DNA of 63,372 nucleotides, counting the filler, from Octopus bimaculoides (taxonomy: Eukaryota), in the NCBI RefSeq assembly GCF_001194135.2. It is 8 parts of 7 records of this genome, joined end to end, with 100 filler letters (N's around TTAATTAATTAA, not from the genome) between each part and the next. Parts side by side here need not be neighbours in the genome. Positions count along the whole stretch, not along the records: positions 49,765 to 52,180 come from NC_068981.1; positions 52,281 to 54,729 come from NC_068982.1; positions 54,830 to 58,924 come from NC_069001.1; positions 59,025 to 60,587 come from NC_068996.1; positions 60,688 to 63,372 come from NW_026419311.1; 3 more parts are not named here. One strand, written 5' to 3'. The notes under the pieces were generated by a model. That model was not told the origin of the DNA, searched no databases, and saw only the letters and a program-made list of their open reading frames with translations. The first letter of the stretch is position 1; each line of letters starts with the position of its first letter. Made by a program: the position numbers and the translations under genes. Below, piece after piece: positions 50,708 through 63,372 of the stretch.

Positions 50708-51352
50708 ACAACGGCGATGGCGATGGTGATGTGGATGAAGATAGGGTCGAAAGAGATACTGTCTGCTGTGATGACGAGTAAGTTTGGTGATAAAAATGCA
50801 GCTGTACAGCAATAGAAATAGGCAGACGACGAAAAGATAATGAAGATTAAAGAACGAGAATCAGAGACAAAACAGAAAAAAGTAAAACTTAAAAAACACA
50901 AGAAAAATAAAACTGAAGCTCGTTTGTGCTAAAAAGAAGACAGGATAAAAGACAAACAGAAGGAAATTCAGGCGATGATAATGATTAACCATGGTGGTGA
51001 TGGTGGCGGAGGCGACGGTGATGGTAATGATGATGATGATGGTGGTGGTGGTGGTGGTGATGAACAGGTAGGTAAAGTGGAAGAGGACAATGACAAAGAC
51101 AACGATGTTGACGACGACGACGACGACGATGGTATTAATGATGGTGATGGTGAAAATGATATTGCTGTTGTGGCTACTGTTTTTGATGTTGTTGTTGTTG
51201 TTGATGATGATGATGATTGTGATTATGATGATGGTGGCGGTGGTGATGATGATGATGATGATGATGATGACGATGACGATGATGATGATGTTTGGAAATA
51301 TAACAGTGAGAATGAAGGTAATGATGCGAATGATGATGATGATGATGATGAC

Positions 51353-51384
<32 letters not shown>

Positions 51385-51520
51385 CGACGACAACGAAGAC
51401 GACGATGACGAGGATGATGATGATGATGATGATGATGATAATGATGATGATAATGATGATGATGATGAAAATGAGAGTGAGGAGAAGGATAATGATTTAG
51501 ATGACCAATTGAAAAGGTAA
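50330..51520. repeat. Large imperfect (GAT)n/(GAC)n/(GGT)n microsatellite field
   Basis: Directly visible; yields poly-D, poly-M and poly-S pseudo-ORFs. Confidence 0.95.
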
Positions 51521-51580
51521 AAAGAAAAAAAAAAAAAAAAAATTGCGTAGACCCAAATAAAGATAAAACACCACAGCAGA

Positions 51581-51611
<31 letters not shown>

Positions 51612-51672
51612 TTATAAAAGAGAAGTGGAAAATGAAAAAAAGAAAAAACAAAAAAAGTAAAAATGAACAAAA

Positions 51673-51703
<31 letters not shown>

Positions 51704-52132
51704 ATGATGAGACAAATATAAAGAAGTGAAGAAGATGATGCCGATGAGAAAGAAAAAAGTAAAACAGATGATGAAGGAAAAAAAGTGAAAGAAGATTAAG
51801 TTAATTACGAAAACGACAACAACGACGATTATGTTGGGAAGGACGAGGGTGAGGGGGACGGAGAGGTTGGCGGAGCGCAAACAACCCAGTTTGCGTTAAC
51901 ATAGCGGTGAACTATTTATAGGACAACTGGGAGACATAAGCTATAAACCAAGTATATTAGCTCTCTGCTTTCATGTATGTATGCATGTGTGTATGTATGT
52001 ATGTATGTATGTATGTATGTATGTATGTGTGTGTGTATTTACATACATATAAAAGTATATAATGCACATAGATATACTGTGTATATATATATATATATGA
52101 ACATAAATGTATATATATGAAGATAAATATTC

Positions 52133-52180
<48 letters not shown>

Positions 52181-52279
52181 NNNNNNNNNNNNNNNNNNNN
52201 NNNNNNNNNNNNNNNNNNNNNNNNTTAATTAATTAANNNNNNNNNNNNNNNNNNNNNNNNNNNNNNNNNNNNNNNNNNN

Positions 52280-52600
52280 NTCTATCTATCTGTCTCTCAC
52301 TCTCTATCTATCAATTTACCTATCTCTCCACACACACATCTTTTTCTTCTTCTCTCTTCCTTCTCCTTCTCTTCCTCCTCCACTACCTCCTCCTCCTTTC
52401 CTTCTTCTTCTTCTACTTCTTTTTCTTCTTCTACTTCTTCTTTTTCTTCTTCTTCTTCTTCTTCTTCTCTTCCTTCTTCTTCTCTTCCTTCTCCTTCTCT
52501 TCCTCCTTCTCTTCCTCCTCCTTCTCTTCCTCCTCCATCACCTCCTCCTCCTCTCCTTCTTCTTTTTCTTCTTCTTCTTCTTCTTCTTCTTCTTCTTCTT
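52280..52600. repeat. (TCT)n/(TCC)n polypyrimidine microsatellite
   Basis: Directly visible. Confidence 0.9.
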
Positions 52601-53465
52601 TAACAATGAAATTATCCCCTCCAATTATTAAAACATATTTCATATCGTGAGGGCTGAATAGGAGGCATTGTAGAGATTTTAGTCCTTAATAATTGCCATT
52701 TCTTTCAAGTTAGTGAATCAGTTACAAATGATTCTTTTGGAGCATTTTTAATTTGGTTTTGTTTTGTTTTAATATTTTTTGGAGGTGGTGAGGGTTAAAT
52801 AAAATTTAGGAAACTCTTTCATCGATGATAAAGTATGAGCTACTGATTTGCCGGTTTCTTGAACATTTCTATACTGTAGCTGACCAGGGTAGTGAAGGAT
52901 CTAGGTATTATGGCCCTGAATTCCACCAGACTTATCAATAAATACTAATTATTATTATCTTTTATCGAAGTAATCATTGTTCATTTTAGTGAAAAATTGG
53001 AAGAAACAATAAGATAAGCGAAGAAAATTCTAGTAATTTCAGAAGGGAGCAATTATGATCAAATAAGTAATATTTTTGAAGCGTTTTTGCTGGGGAGAAA
53101 TTTTCTCCCAGCCGTTGGAATATCGATAATTTGTATAATTGCTTTGGAGAGGAAATGATCATGATGATAGGAAATTGTGTTCTATATATGGCGTAGGCAT
53201 GGCTGTGTAGTTTAAGAAGTTCACTTTGCAATCATGTGAATTTGGATTCAGTCTCACTGCGCGTCGCCTTAAGCAAGCGTCTTCTATTAAAGACTCGAGC
53301 CAATCATGCCACTAAACTTTTCAAGGGGTGAGGCGCCAGCATGGCCACAGTCCAGTCACTGAAATAAGTAAAAGATATAAGATAATAAAAATAAAGTACA
53401 AAAAATGTGGAGAATTCTAATATTACGAGGAAAAAAGCAAAGGCTAGTGTTAGATACGCTTTACA

Positions 53466-53663
53466 CTTTTACTTGTTTCAGTCTTTTGACTGTGGCCAAG
53501 CTGGAGCAGCGCCTTTAGTTGAACAAATCGACCCCAGGACTTATTCTTTGGAAGCCTAGTACTTATTCTATAGGTCTCTTTTGCCGAACCGCTAAGTTAC
53601 GGGGACGTAAACACATCAGCATCGGTTGTCAAGCGATGTTGGGGGACAAACACAGACACACAA

Positions 53664-53712
<49 letters not shown>

Positions 53713-53880
53713 TACGACGGGCTTCTTTCAGTTTCCGTCTACCAAATCCAATCACAAGGCTTTGGTCGGCCCGAGGCTATAGTAGAAGACACTTGCCCAA
53801 GATGCCACGCAGTGGGACTGAACCTGAAACCGTGTGGTTGGAAAGCCAGCTACTTACCACACAGCCACTCCTACGCCTAT
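53466..53880 (-). mobile_element. tRNA-derived SINE family B, best-preserved copy
   Basis: Minus-strand head ATAGGCGTAGGAGTGGCTGTGTGGTAAG...GGTTCAGTCCCAC (A/B-box-like), internal (TA)n, tail ...TGAAACAAGTAAAA. Further copies at about 15360, 25695, 28060, 35900, 36570, 37150, 45000 and 54180. Confidence 0.8.
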
Positions 53881-55132
53881 TGGAAATGATCAAGATCACT
53901 TTAATTATCAATATTTGTCTGGGGTTATTAGGTGAGAGATTAGAGAATATTGTTAGAATATTGAGAATAAAAAAATTCAATGGAGAAGATAGGGATGTTG
54001 ACATAATGATCCTACCGAAATACAACAAAGATTGGTTTTCGGGAGTATGTTAAATCAAAGACATTTCTTCTTGAGCAAAACTTCTGGCATGAGTTGGAAC
54101 TGTTACAGAGGATACAGAGTTTTAATAAATATTTTTGTCTGTATCTGATCTTTTATTCTTTTATTTGTTCAGCTAAACTCGCCAAGACGGTGCTCCAGCC
54201 TGACCGCAGCCCAGTGAATGCTGTCATGCGGAGGCACCGTCTTGAAGAGTTTAGTTGAACAAATCGAACCCAGTACTTATCCTTTCTAAGTCTGGAACTT
54301 ATTTTATCGATCTCTTTTGCCGAATCACTTGATTACGAGGAAGTAAATAAACCAGCTACGGTTGTGAAGCGGTGGAGAGCAAACACAAAGACACACACGT
54401 ACACAACGGACTTCCAAACCGTTTCCGTCTGTCAAATTCACTCAAAGAATTGGTTGGCTCCGGTCTATAGTCGAAGGCACTTGCACAAGGTGTCGTGTAA
54501 CGGGTCCGAACCTGAAACCATTTGGTTGTGAAGCGAACTTCTTAAACACCCAACTATGCCAGGTAGAAACCCACCAACAAATTAATTTATACCCAACAAT
54601 GTGTTACCGGAATATTATTGTCCTTTGGTAAAATTTTTAGTTCTGTTGGTAGCTTTACATAATAAGTGTTCTTTTCGGCAAGAAAATAAATATTCTCGGC
54701 TTTCTGGTTTTTTTTTTTTTTTTTTTTTTNNNNNNNNNNNNNNNNNNNNNNNNNNNNNNNNNNNNNNNNNNNNTTAATTAATTAANNNNNNNNNNNNNNN
54801 NNNNNNNNNNNNNNNNNNNNNNNNNNNNNTATGTCAAGATGGACTTATATATTCTTCCTCACATTTGGATTTTATGTATGCTCTCTCCCACTTGGATTTA
54901 ATATGTTGCCACATTTATAATATGTCTTTTTTCTGCATTTTCGTGCAGCTGAAGATTGCTCTTCATATTGCATTTAAGGTAATGCTCACATTACTTAAAT
55001 AAATTGAAGTAGCATGAAACGTGCGTACTGCAATCACTTTTGAAATCCGTGTTGCTTATTATTTGATTTCAATCACCCATCCTTTTGGGATGCGATATTC
55101 GGGTGCCTTCGCATAAGTACCATATTCAAGCC

Positions 55133-55167
<35 letters not shown>

Positions 55168-55454
55168 TATATATATAGACGTAGACATACACGCACGCAT
55201 ACACATTCAAACACACACTTACACACATACACGCACACATACACATATACACACATACATATGTATACATTGCAAATACCACATACTTAGTGTACGTATT
55301 TTGATTAAAGTCAAAGGCTACGGTTTATCGAATGTAGCAAAGCATTTTCGAGGAATATTCATAGTTATGTAAGATATGAATAGAGCATTATACCATATAA
55401 TATTCCTCTATTTAACCTTTCTATTACTTACACAGACTTTTTCGTAATATTAAT

Positions 55455-58400
55455 ATGTGGGTGTGCAGACGCGCTCATATGGTTTTGGGTGCATGTGTGC
55501 ATTGATGCGAGAGTGTACATCTGTACATGGGCGTGCACACACACAAGCACACAAGTGAGCGAACACGCTCGCGCGTGCACGCACATCATTACACGCGCAT
55601 ACGTACACACACACATGCGTATTCATTCATATGTACACATTATATTCACAGGCATGTACACATGCATACCAGTGTGCGTGCACACACGCATATGCGTGCA
55701 CATGTGCATTCGCGCGTGCGCGTGCGTGAGTATAGACCTGCAAAACAAGCGTTGTGTATTGGTAAACGTTGGGGATAGGTAAACGTTGGGGATAGGTAAT
55801 TGGTGGTCCTGCTCTTGGGGTGGGTTGGTTGGTAGCAATGATCATGATGCAGGCGGTGCAGAGTAGCAGTTGGTGCTAAGGTGGTATGTCCGGATTGTCG
55901 GCAGTTAGAGGCCTAAAATTTGCCAGAAGGGTATACCTCTGGTGACAACAATACGATGAATCGCATTTCTTGTTGATGGATACTGCGGCTTGATGGAGGA
56001 TATGCAGATTTTCGCGGTGGAAGAGCTGGCAGTTGGGAGCAGGCGAATGTGGTGGCGCTCTGTTGACTTGATGCTGGGTATTTCATCTCGGAGATTACGG
56101 AATCTCCAGAGAAAACGACACAAAGAAGTAGAGTTCTCTCTGTCCCTGGATCTGAACGAGCGTATATGATGGGAGTATCTTCCCTTGAAATCATTGGCTG
56201 TCATACCTGTATAGTGTCTAATAATGCTATCGGATGGTGTAAGAGTGGCTCCGTATAGTACGGAGATCCTTTTAGAGGGCACATAGTGGGGTTTCGGAGT
56301 TGCAAGTTAGAGTTGGGGTGGTGTGGGTACATTTTTACGCCTGTTGATACGTGCGATGTTAGATGCGATGTTGTCTAAGCAGGAGTAGCTCACTTTTACA
56401 TTATGGGGGTTCAAGAGTTTGTAATACTTATGGCCTCCGGGGAATAGTTTCTTAATTAGCGACAGGAAGTCCTTAGCTACGTTGGTGGAAACTTCTAGGT
56501 TGAAAGGGGGTTATACCATATATTCTTCCTTCTAATTCTTTTAGGGGAGGAGAGTTTGGGGGTTGTCCACATACGTGAGCTTCGAGAGATTAGATAGTCG
56601 TTTACTAATGCTTGGAACCAGGTTTCTACTTACATCGGGGGTGGGGTGGTTTGAACACTTGTGGATGTGTACTGTATCCTCATTATGCTTCCTGTACGGG
56701 TAATACTTGCCCGTAATCTGGTCTAAGGTTACATCCAAGAAAACGACCGTAGTCAAGTCGGTGGTAACCGTGATAAACAGGCTGAACTCCTTAAATATTT
56801 TTATTAAGTCCTTTCTGAACCTGTCCATGGTGTGCCCGTTCATATGGCTTGAGATACCCAGGCCGTTGTCCCTATAGAGGGTCGACCTATGTGGGTGGGT
56901 ACGTCTCTTGAGGGTATCCAAGATGTATAACCCGACAAGGTCGGCGATTTAATTCCCGTCAAAGCTCTCCCTTTTTTCACCAAGAAAGAATCGTCGTGGA
57001 TCAGAATTGACTTTCTGGCATTCATGATAATCGTGATGTCAAAGTCACTAATGCTGCTGTATTGCTCAGCAAAGGTAGGGCCTTCAGAAGAAGGGGCTTA
57101 GATATGAAACGATAAAAGTCGACGATGTCGAACTGGGTGAATCTCCAGGCTGATTTATTCTCGATACCACGGAACTAGAAGACCACTGCTGCGCTGGAGT
57201 ACCATTGAGTCAACACTGTAGATCTTCTGATATCGGAGTTGATAGTATCAAGAATACGTTTGCTAATAATACCTGTCTCACTTTTAGAGGGATTGGAGTG
57301 GAAGTTACACTTATGGTCCTTAAGTGTAATATGGGGGTGGGGTCGCGTGGTGAGGCAGTCACGCGGTCCTCTATATTAAGGCGGGTGGCTAGCTCCTTTG
57401 CTTCTGTGTTTATGTCGTTGTATATGGAATTACGGGTTTTCTTGTATGTTTTGGTGATGGCACATGTAAGAATTCTTGAGTGTGTGGCAGTGTTCATTTC
57501 GTAAATGATCGTTGTTTGTCTGCGAGGCTGTGTATGTTGGGTGATTGCTTAATGCTGGTCATTAGTCATTTAGTGATTTAAGGAAAAGGTTAAAATAATG
57601 CCGAAACTTTACCGTCTTTACAATGTTCCATAGGGCAATCTCAAAGTTCTCAGTCTTTCATACGTGAGGAGGGAACTTTCGGTATTTGAAGCCGAATTTA
57701 TCCGTAGATGTAGTGGTGGATGGATTCTCGTAGATGAAAGCCATCCAGCGCATGCGTTTGATGACACTTACCGTGTTCTGTCAAGTAAATTTTCCTTGCA
57801 GGTATTTGGATTCCTTGCAGGTATTTGGATATTCCTCTGCGAGTATGGTAGTGGTTGTCTCTCCATTGCAATCTGCTGATCAGACATCCGTGAATGGCGC
57901 TCAAAAGAGACTGGAGTAATTGTACGAGTGAGTGGATAGACGAAAGAAGGGTACTCAACAAATTTATTGGGAGTTACATGTATGGATCAAAACAGTTTGA
58001 TTCAAATTCATTGGTACTCTTGAGCTTCAAGCGTGATGCCAGTCGTCAGCCATTTTTAATTTGAACGACAGAGGTTGATTCTTATTACCGTAAAGTGGGC
58101 TGCGATTGGTTGAGGAAGGTCACGCAGTATCGTGGTTTGACGTTGGTATATGGGTAACAGTTAGTTGGAAAATACCGCATGGTGAACAGGAAACTGACCA
58201 CGTGGAGGACAAGAAGTAGACAATGTGGCGGATAGGAAGTCCGTTGCTGGGACTTCCGATCCGGTTGTTGAGGGGAAGTAAAAAAGGGTGGCGCGTGCAA
58301 GTATATAATAGTATATGTGAGTGTGCAGACGCGCTCATATTGTTTTGCGTGCATGTGTGTATTGATGCGAGCGGGCGCATCTGTACATAGGCGCACACTT

Positions 58401-58636
58401 GCACGTCTGCACACACACGCGCACACACACATAGATACACTTGGACGAACATGTTCACGCGCACACGCACAGCCATACACGTGCATACACACATATGCAC
58501 ACACATACGTGCATACACACACACACATGCGTATTCATTCATATGTACATATGTCTATTCGCAGGCATGTACGCATGCATACCAGTGTTCCAGAACATAC
58601 GCTTGTGCGTGCACACGGGCATTTGCGCGTGCGCAC
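55455..58636 (-). mobile_element. Near full-length decayed Naiad-like PLE flanked by ~300-bp direct repeats
   Basis: VIKRMRWMAF, ITLKDHK, SKSETGIISKRILD, FTQFDIVDFY, LYRDNGL (catalytic DD changed to DN), FLDVTL, YNPPFNLEVSTNVAK, HYTGMT..FKGRYSHH..SF...STSL. Repeats at 55455-55730 and 58314-58636. Confidence 0.85.
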
Positions 58637-58824
58637 TCGTGGAATTGGGAAGGTACTGACAAATTTTTTGACCAGATCCCTGGGAAACCAACACTATGAG
58701 ACTCAAAAAATTGTGTCTACATCAAACACTCACATTCTCATGAGGTTTCTCTCCAGCTTAGTTCTCTGGTTGAGACCTGGTCGGAAGATGAAATAAAATG
58801 CAATTCAATCGGAAAATGATGATG

Positions 58825-58891
<67 letters not shown>

Positions 58892-59318
58892 ACAGAAACA
58901 ATTCCTATCATAGTAGGCGCCTTANNNNNNNNNNNNNNNNNNNNNNNNNNNNNNNNNNNNNNNNNNNNTTAATTAATTAANNNNNNNNNNNNNNNNNNNN
59001 NNNNNNNNNNNNNNNNNNNNNNNNAATTCTGAGACAGTTAAAACTTTTGTCTAGAATCAATTACTAGCCTGATAGACCCCGCTATGTCAAGATGGACTTA
59101 TATATTCTTCCTCACATTTGGATTTTATATGCTCTCTCCCACTTGGATTTAATATGTTGCCATAATACGTCTTTTTTCTACATTTTCTACATTTTGCGTG
59201 CAGCTGAAGATTGCTCTTCATATTGCATTTAAGGTAATGCTCACATTACTTAAATAAATTGAAGTAGCATGAAACGTGCGTACTGCAATCACTTTTGAAA
59301 TCCATGTTGCTTATTGTT

Positions 59319-59360
<42 letters not shown>

Positions 59361-59842
59361 TTATACACACACACACACACACACACACATGCACACATAT
59401 ATATACAGACACACACACACAAACACACATGTCTATGAATATATGGATATCTATTTATGTTAGAAAATTACTATTTTTAAATCTCACAACGTGAGATATT
59501 CAGCAACAGTACTTTATAGTAAAGATTGTTTGCCAACATAACATGTCAGTCCTGGTTTAGGACTAATGTTGTTATAATTTAGCCCCAGGAGACATCGTCT
59601 CCAGCTGGCTATACAACACGATCTGTGTCCTTATATTTTCGAACAAGGGAATCTAGCACCCCAGGTCAGCTCATAACAATATTTGTGTATTGCGATTTCT
59701 GGGTTATTTCCCTTCATCAGTACAGAATAATTGTTCGGCTAGAGGTGGTGCTGCCAAATTCCTGTTCGAAATATATAGTTTTCAAAGTTAAGTGTTCCAG
59801 TATGGCAGCAGTCAAATGATTGAAACAAGTGAAAGAATAAAA

Positions 59843-59893
<51 letters not shown>

Positions 59894-60447
59894 AGCACCT
59901 TTTGAATATTGGGCCTCATGGAGGCAAAGTGGCTGATGCTGGTAGCATGTGAATAGCTCCTTTCAAGTGTTGGGCCACATGGAGGCAGTGACTGAGGCCT
60001 TTGGCAAATTGCAGTCATGACAGATACCAGTGTCACACAAATGGCACCCATGCTGGTGGCACATATAAACACTCATTACAGTCTCAAAGTGGTTTGCATT
60101 AGGAAGGGAATCCAGCCATAGAAACTATACCAAATTGGACTGGAGTCTTCCAGCTGGCCAGCCCTGGTCAAACTGTCCAACCCATGCCAGCATAGACGAA
60201 GGATGCTATGTGATTATGATGATATATATACACATCATCATCATTTAACGTCTGTTTTCCATGCTGGCATGGGTTTGAGAGTTTGACAAGAGCTGGCTAG
60301 ACAAAAGACTGCACCAGACTCCAGTTGTGTTTTAGCAGGGTTTTAACCGCAGAATGCCCTTCTTAACACCAACCACCTTATACACACACATATACACACG
60401 TCTATGTATTTAAGGATATATATATGTGTGTGTGTGTGTGATTATAT

Positions 60448-60506
<59 letters not shown>

Positions 60507-61211
60507 AACCCATACTCACACATACACACATCCACGTATCTGGATATATATCTGTGCATAGATATATTTACACATACACACACTCACNNNNNNNNNNNNN
60601 NNNNNNNNNNNNNNNNNNNNNNNNNNNNNNNTTAATTAATTAANNNNNNNNNNNNNNNNNNNNNNNNNNNNNNNNNNNNNNNNNNNNTTTGTGTAGATCC
60701 CAAACGATTTCGATCCGTTTTGATTGTCCCTAATTTTTTTATTTTTTTATTATATTGTTGGTCTTCAGTCGAGTGGAATGAGCACTGCTCATATAGGATT
60801 TGTGATGAGCAACCTGCACCCTGTCCCAATGTCACCATGCCAGCAGGTACCCTTTACATAGAACTTGTAGACGTTTGGTTTTCTTTTTACCAGACCTTTG
60901 CATGTACTATTTCATTTTCTTTGTGAACCCACCTTGCGCCCACATCCATTCTCAGTCCGCCAGTCGTTGGTGCCTTTCTCTTCGTTTGTTTCGCCAGCTT
61001 TACTTTGCTACTGTTTTTCTCCTCCATTCATACATTCACTTTTGGTTTCTTCTGGTGAACTTTGGCATTCTTCTTGGACTCACAGTTGTCCAGGGTGTTG
61101 ATGTCTCCTCTGTTTTTGCTGTGGTGGACTCCCACAGGTGAGGAGTGGGCTGGTCCACTACTAATAAATAGTGTGGATCAACAAAAATTCTGAATATGAA
61201 TAGTGTGGAAC

Positions 61212-61262
<51 letters not shown>

Positions 61263-61589
61263 TCAATATATTATAAATTAACTACCAACAAAAATAATTG
61301 GTAAGCTAACTCAAAAAATCATCACCAAAATAGCTGAGAAAACGACAGTGAAGGTATGTAGACTCTTCAAGAATCGATCCTTTTGGTTATATTAATAATA
61401 ATAAAGGAGTTACGACGCAAAAATGTATATAATTAAATGAACATATTTANNNNNNNNNNTTCTTCAATATATATTTCAGTATAAAGAATTCATTAAGAGA
61501 CTTAATAAATCAAAATTCCTTTACACAACTTCAGGAAAAATAAATATAACACCAGAAAACCACATTCGGTTTAAGAATACAATCCGTTC

Positions 61590-63372
61590 ATGACGAAAAA
61601 TTTCACAATTACAAAAACCGAAAAAAAATTTTTTTAATTTTACAAAAAGAATGCTATTAGTCATAAAAAAATTTAATATATATATACACACATAAATATA
61701 TACATATATACATATACATACACAAACATAAATACACACATATACATACACACCCATATACTTATAAACACAGATACATATATAAACACACACACACATA
61801 TATCACACTTACAGATGAAAACAAAAGAACAGATAAATGATTTACCTGAGAATGAATTGAAGTTTAAGAAATTGTTCCGTTCCAGAAACAACCCACCTTA
61901 TAATTATAGGTTAGATAAGTTTGAAGAAGATATTTGGTCGATTGTTAAGAATATTAAGTTTCGTAAATCGCCATGCAAGAACCAACATTTGAGATATCTT
62001 AATACTGTTACCAACCAAGTGAAAAGTAATAAAGGAATTTTCGTTAAATCTGACAAGACCAGAAATATTTATAGACTGAATAAGGAGCATTAGAAGAATT
62101 TACTTAGGAAGGAGATTGAAAAAAATTATAAAATTACTAATGGATGGACGCTCAGAAAGACTAATTTGGATGTTAAGAAAATAATGGAGAAATATAATAT
62201 TGCAGACAGAACTGAACCTATAGTGCCGAAGGAACTGCGGTTTCTTCTTAAAGACCATAAAATTAATTTTTGGACTCAACCATCTTTGAGGCTTATTTGC
62301 CCGGCTAAATCCGACATTGGGATTATTAGTAAAAATATTTTGGATAGGTATATTCCTATTATAATTGATGGATTACAATTGTATTTATGGTCTAGTACTA
62401 ATCAGGTTATTGAATGGTTTCGTTCTATTGAGAACAAAAGTAATGCTAAATTTATACAGTTTGATATTTCTAATTTTTATGCTTCTATTAACCCTATCAT
62501 ACTAAATAAGGCTCTTTGGTTCTTTCATAACAAGGCAGGGCTTACTGGGGGTGAAATAAAAGTAGTGTTAGCTGCTAGGAAGTCGTTTATTTCTTTTAAT
62601 GATAAGATTTGGATTCGTAAAGATACTCCTAATGCTTTCGATATTCCCATGGGAAGTTCTGATTCAGCTCAAATAGCGGATGTTGTGGGTTCCTATATTT
62701 TGTATGAATTGGCTGATCTATTCCCTATGGTTAGGGGCGGTTTATATAGGGACGATTGTCTTCTTTATATTAGGAATTATTCTACCCAATATTTGCAGAG
62801 ACTTAAAGGTAGGTTATCTAGATCTTTTAATAGGATGGGAATGAGTATCACTTACGATGATGATGTTTCGCTATCCAATTATTTAGATGTGACACTTAAT
62901 ATAAAAAATGATACGTATAGACCGTACCATAAACCGTCTACTAATCTGGAATATATAAGTAGATTGAGTAACCACCCTAGAAGAATTATTGATAATTTAG
63001 TTAGAAATATTTCGATAAGGCTTTCTAAGTTATCAGCTAATCGTGTTGTTTCGATAATGAAGCTCCTTTTTATAATGAAGCTTTAAATAGGGCTGGTTTT
63101 AGAGATAAGTTTTATTATGTTAAACCTGAATCTGGTGAGGTTAGAGTAGATAGGGATGTTAGGAATAATAAGGTTAGGTTGGTTAGGATTACCCTAACAA
63201 TGAAAAAATTTATGATCATACTCTTAATAATGTCATGTGTAATTCTAAATGTTTTAGGTATTTTGCAAAAGGCTTTGATAATATTAAAGATGGTTATCTT
63301 TGGTTTATTTTACCATTTGGTCAAAATGTTAAGTCGAATTTGGTAGCTCAGTTTAGGGAGGTAATTAGTAAG
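61590..63372 (+). mobile_element. Naiad-like PLE with a largely intact RT, running off the window end
   Basis: FVKSDKTRNIY, LKDHK, PAKSDIGIISKNILD, FIQFDISNFY, FDIPMGSSDSAQIADVVG, GLYRDDCL, YLDVTL, SNHP. The 306-aa ORF at 62166-63086 keeps the catalytic Asp residues. Confidence 0.9.

Noticed and set aside
50975-51520. 181-aa acidic ORF (poly-Asp/Gly)
   Set aside because: Entirely (GAT)/(GAC)/(GGT) microsatellite, open in several frames, with no domain or supported splice context.
57676-57705. Hammerhead-like hairpin on the minus strand
   Set aside because: It is coding sequence of the PLE ORF (DKFGFKYRK) with no CUGANGA.
61354-61814. Intron in the PLE 5' region (AAG|GTATGT ... TTACAG|ATG)
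   Set aside because: Splicing would remove the FTKRM segment homologous to the conserved KRMRW motif; a microsatellite-disrupted ORF is simpler.

Overview
AT-rich eukaryotic (animal) genomic DNA, not prokaryotic: no operons, rRNA, bona fide tRNA genes or CRISPR arrays. The extreme microsatellite density and the SINE families suggest a coleoid cephalopod (Octopus-like); this is inferred from recalled repeat families, not from a search. The window is an assembly mosaic. Seven identical 100-bp spacers (44 N + TTAATTAATTAA + 44 N) join separate pieces, so adjacency across them is uncertain. The only host gene I can support is four consecutive + strand exons of HERC2 (42425-46749), covering the UBA-like tail, the acidic linker, the CPH domain and the start of the next SH3-like region, with GT-AG boundaries and matching phases. 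The rest is repeats. These include five Penelope-like elements (four Naiad-like, one Penelope/Poseidon-like with a fold-back inversion), Tx1/L1-, RTE- and R4/Dong-type LINE fragments, Tc1, mariner and hAT transposase remnants, piggyBac- and hAT-type MITEs, several tRNA-derived SINE families and microsatellites. Most ORFs in the track are microsatellite or N-gap artefacts. I found no convincing wholly new biological system. The best leads are candidate restorative A-to-I recoding sites and a perfect 31-bp intronic hairpin in HERC2, a minimal hammerhead ribozyme relic, a Naiad-like element flanked by microsatellite-like direct repeats, a SINE-derived 42-bp minisatellite and (TAA)n-associated insertions.
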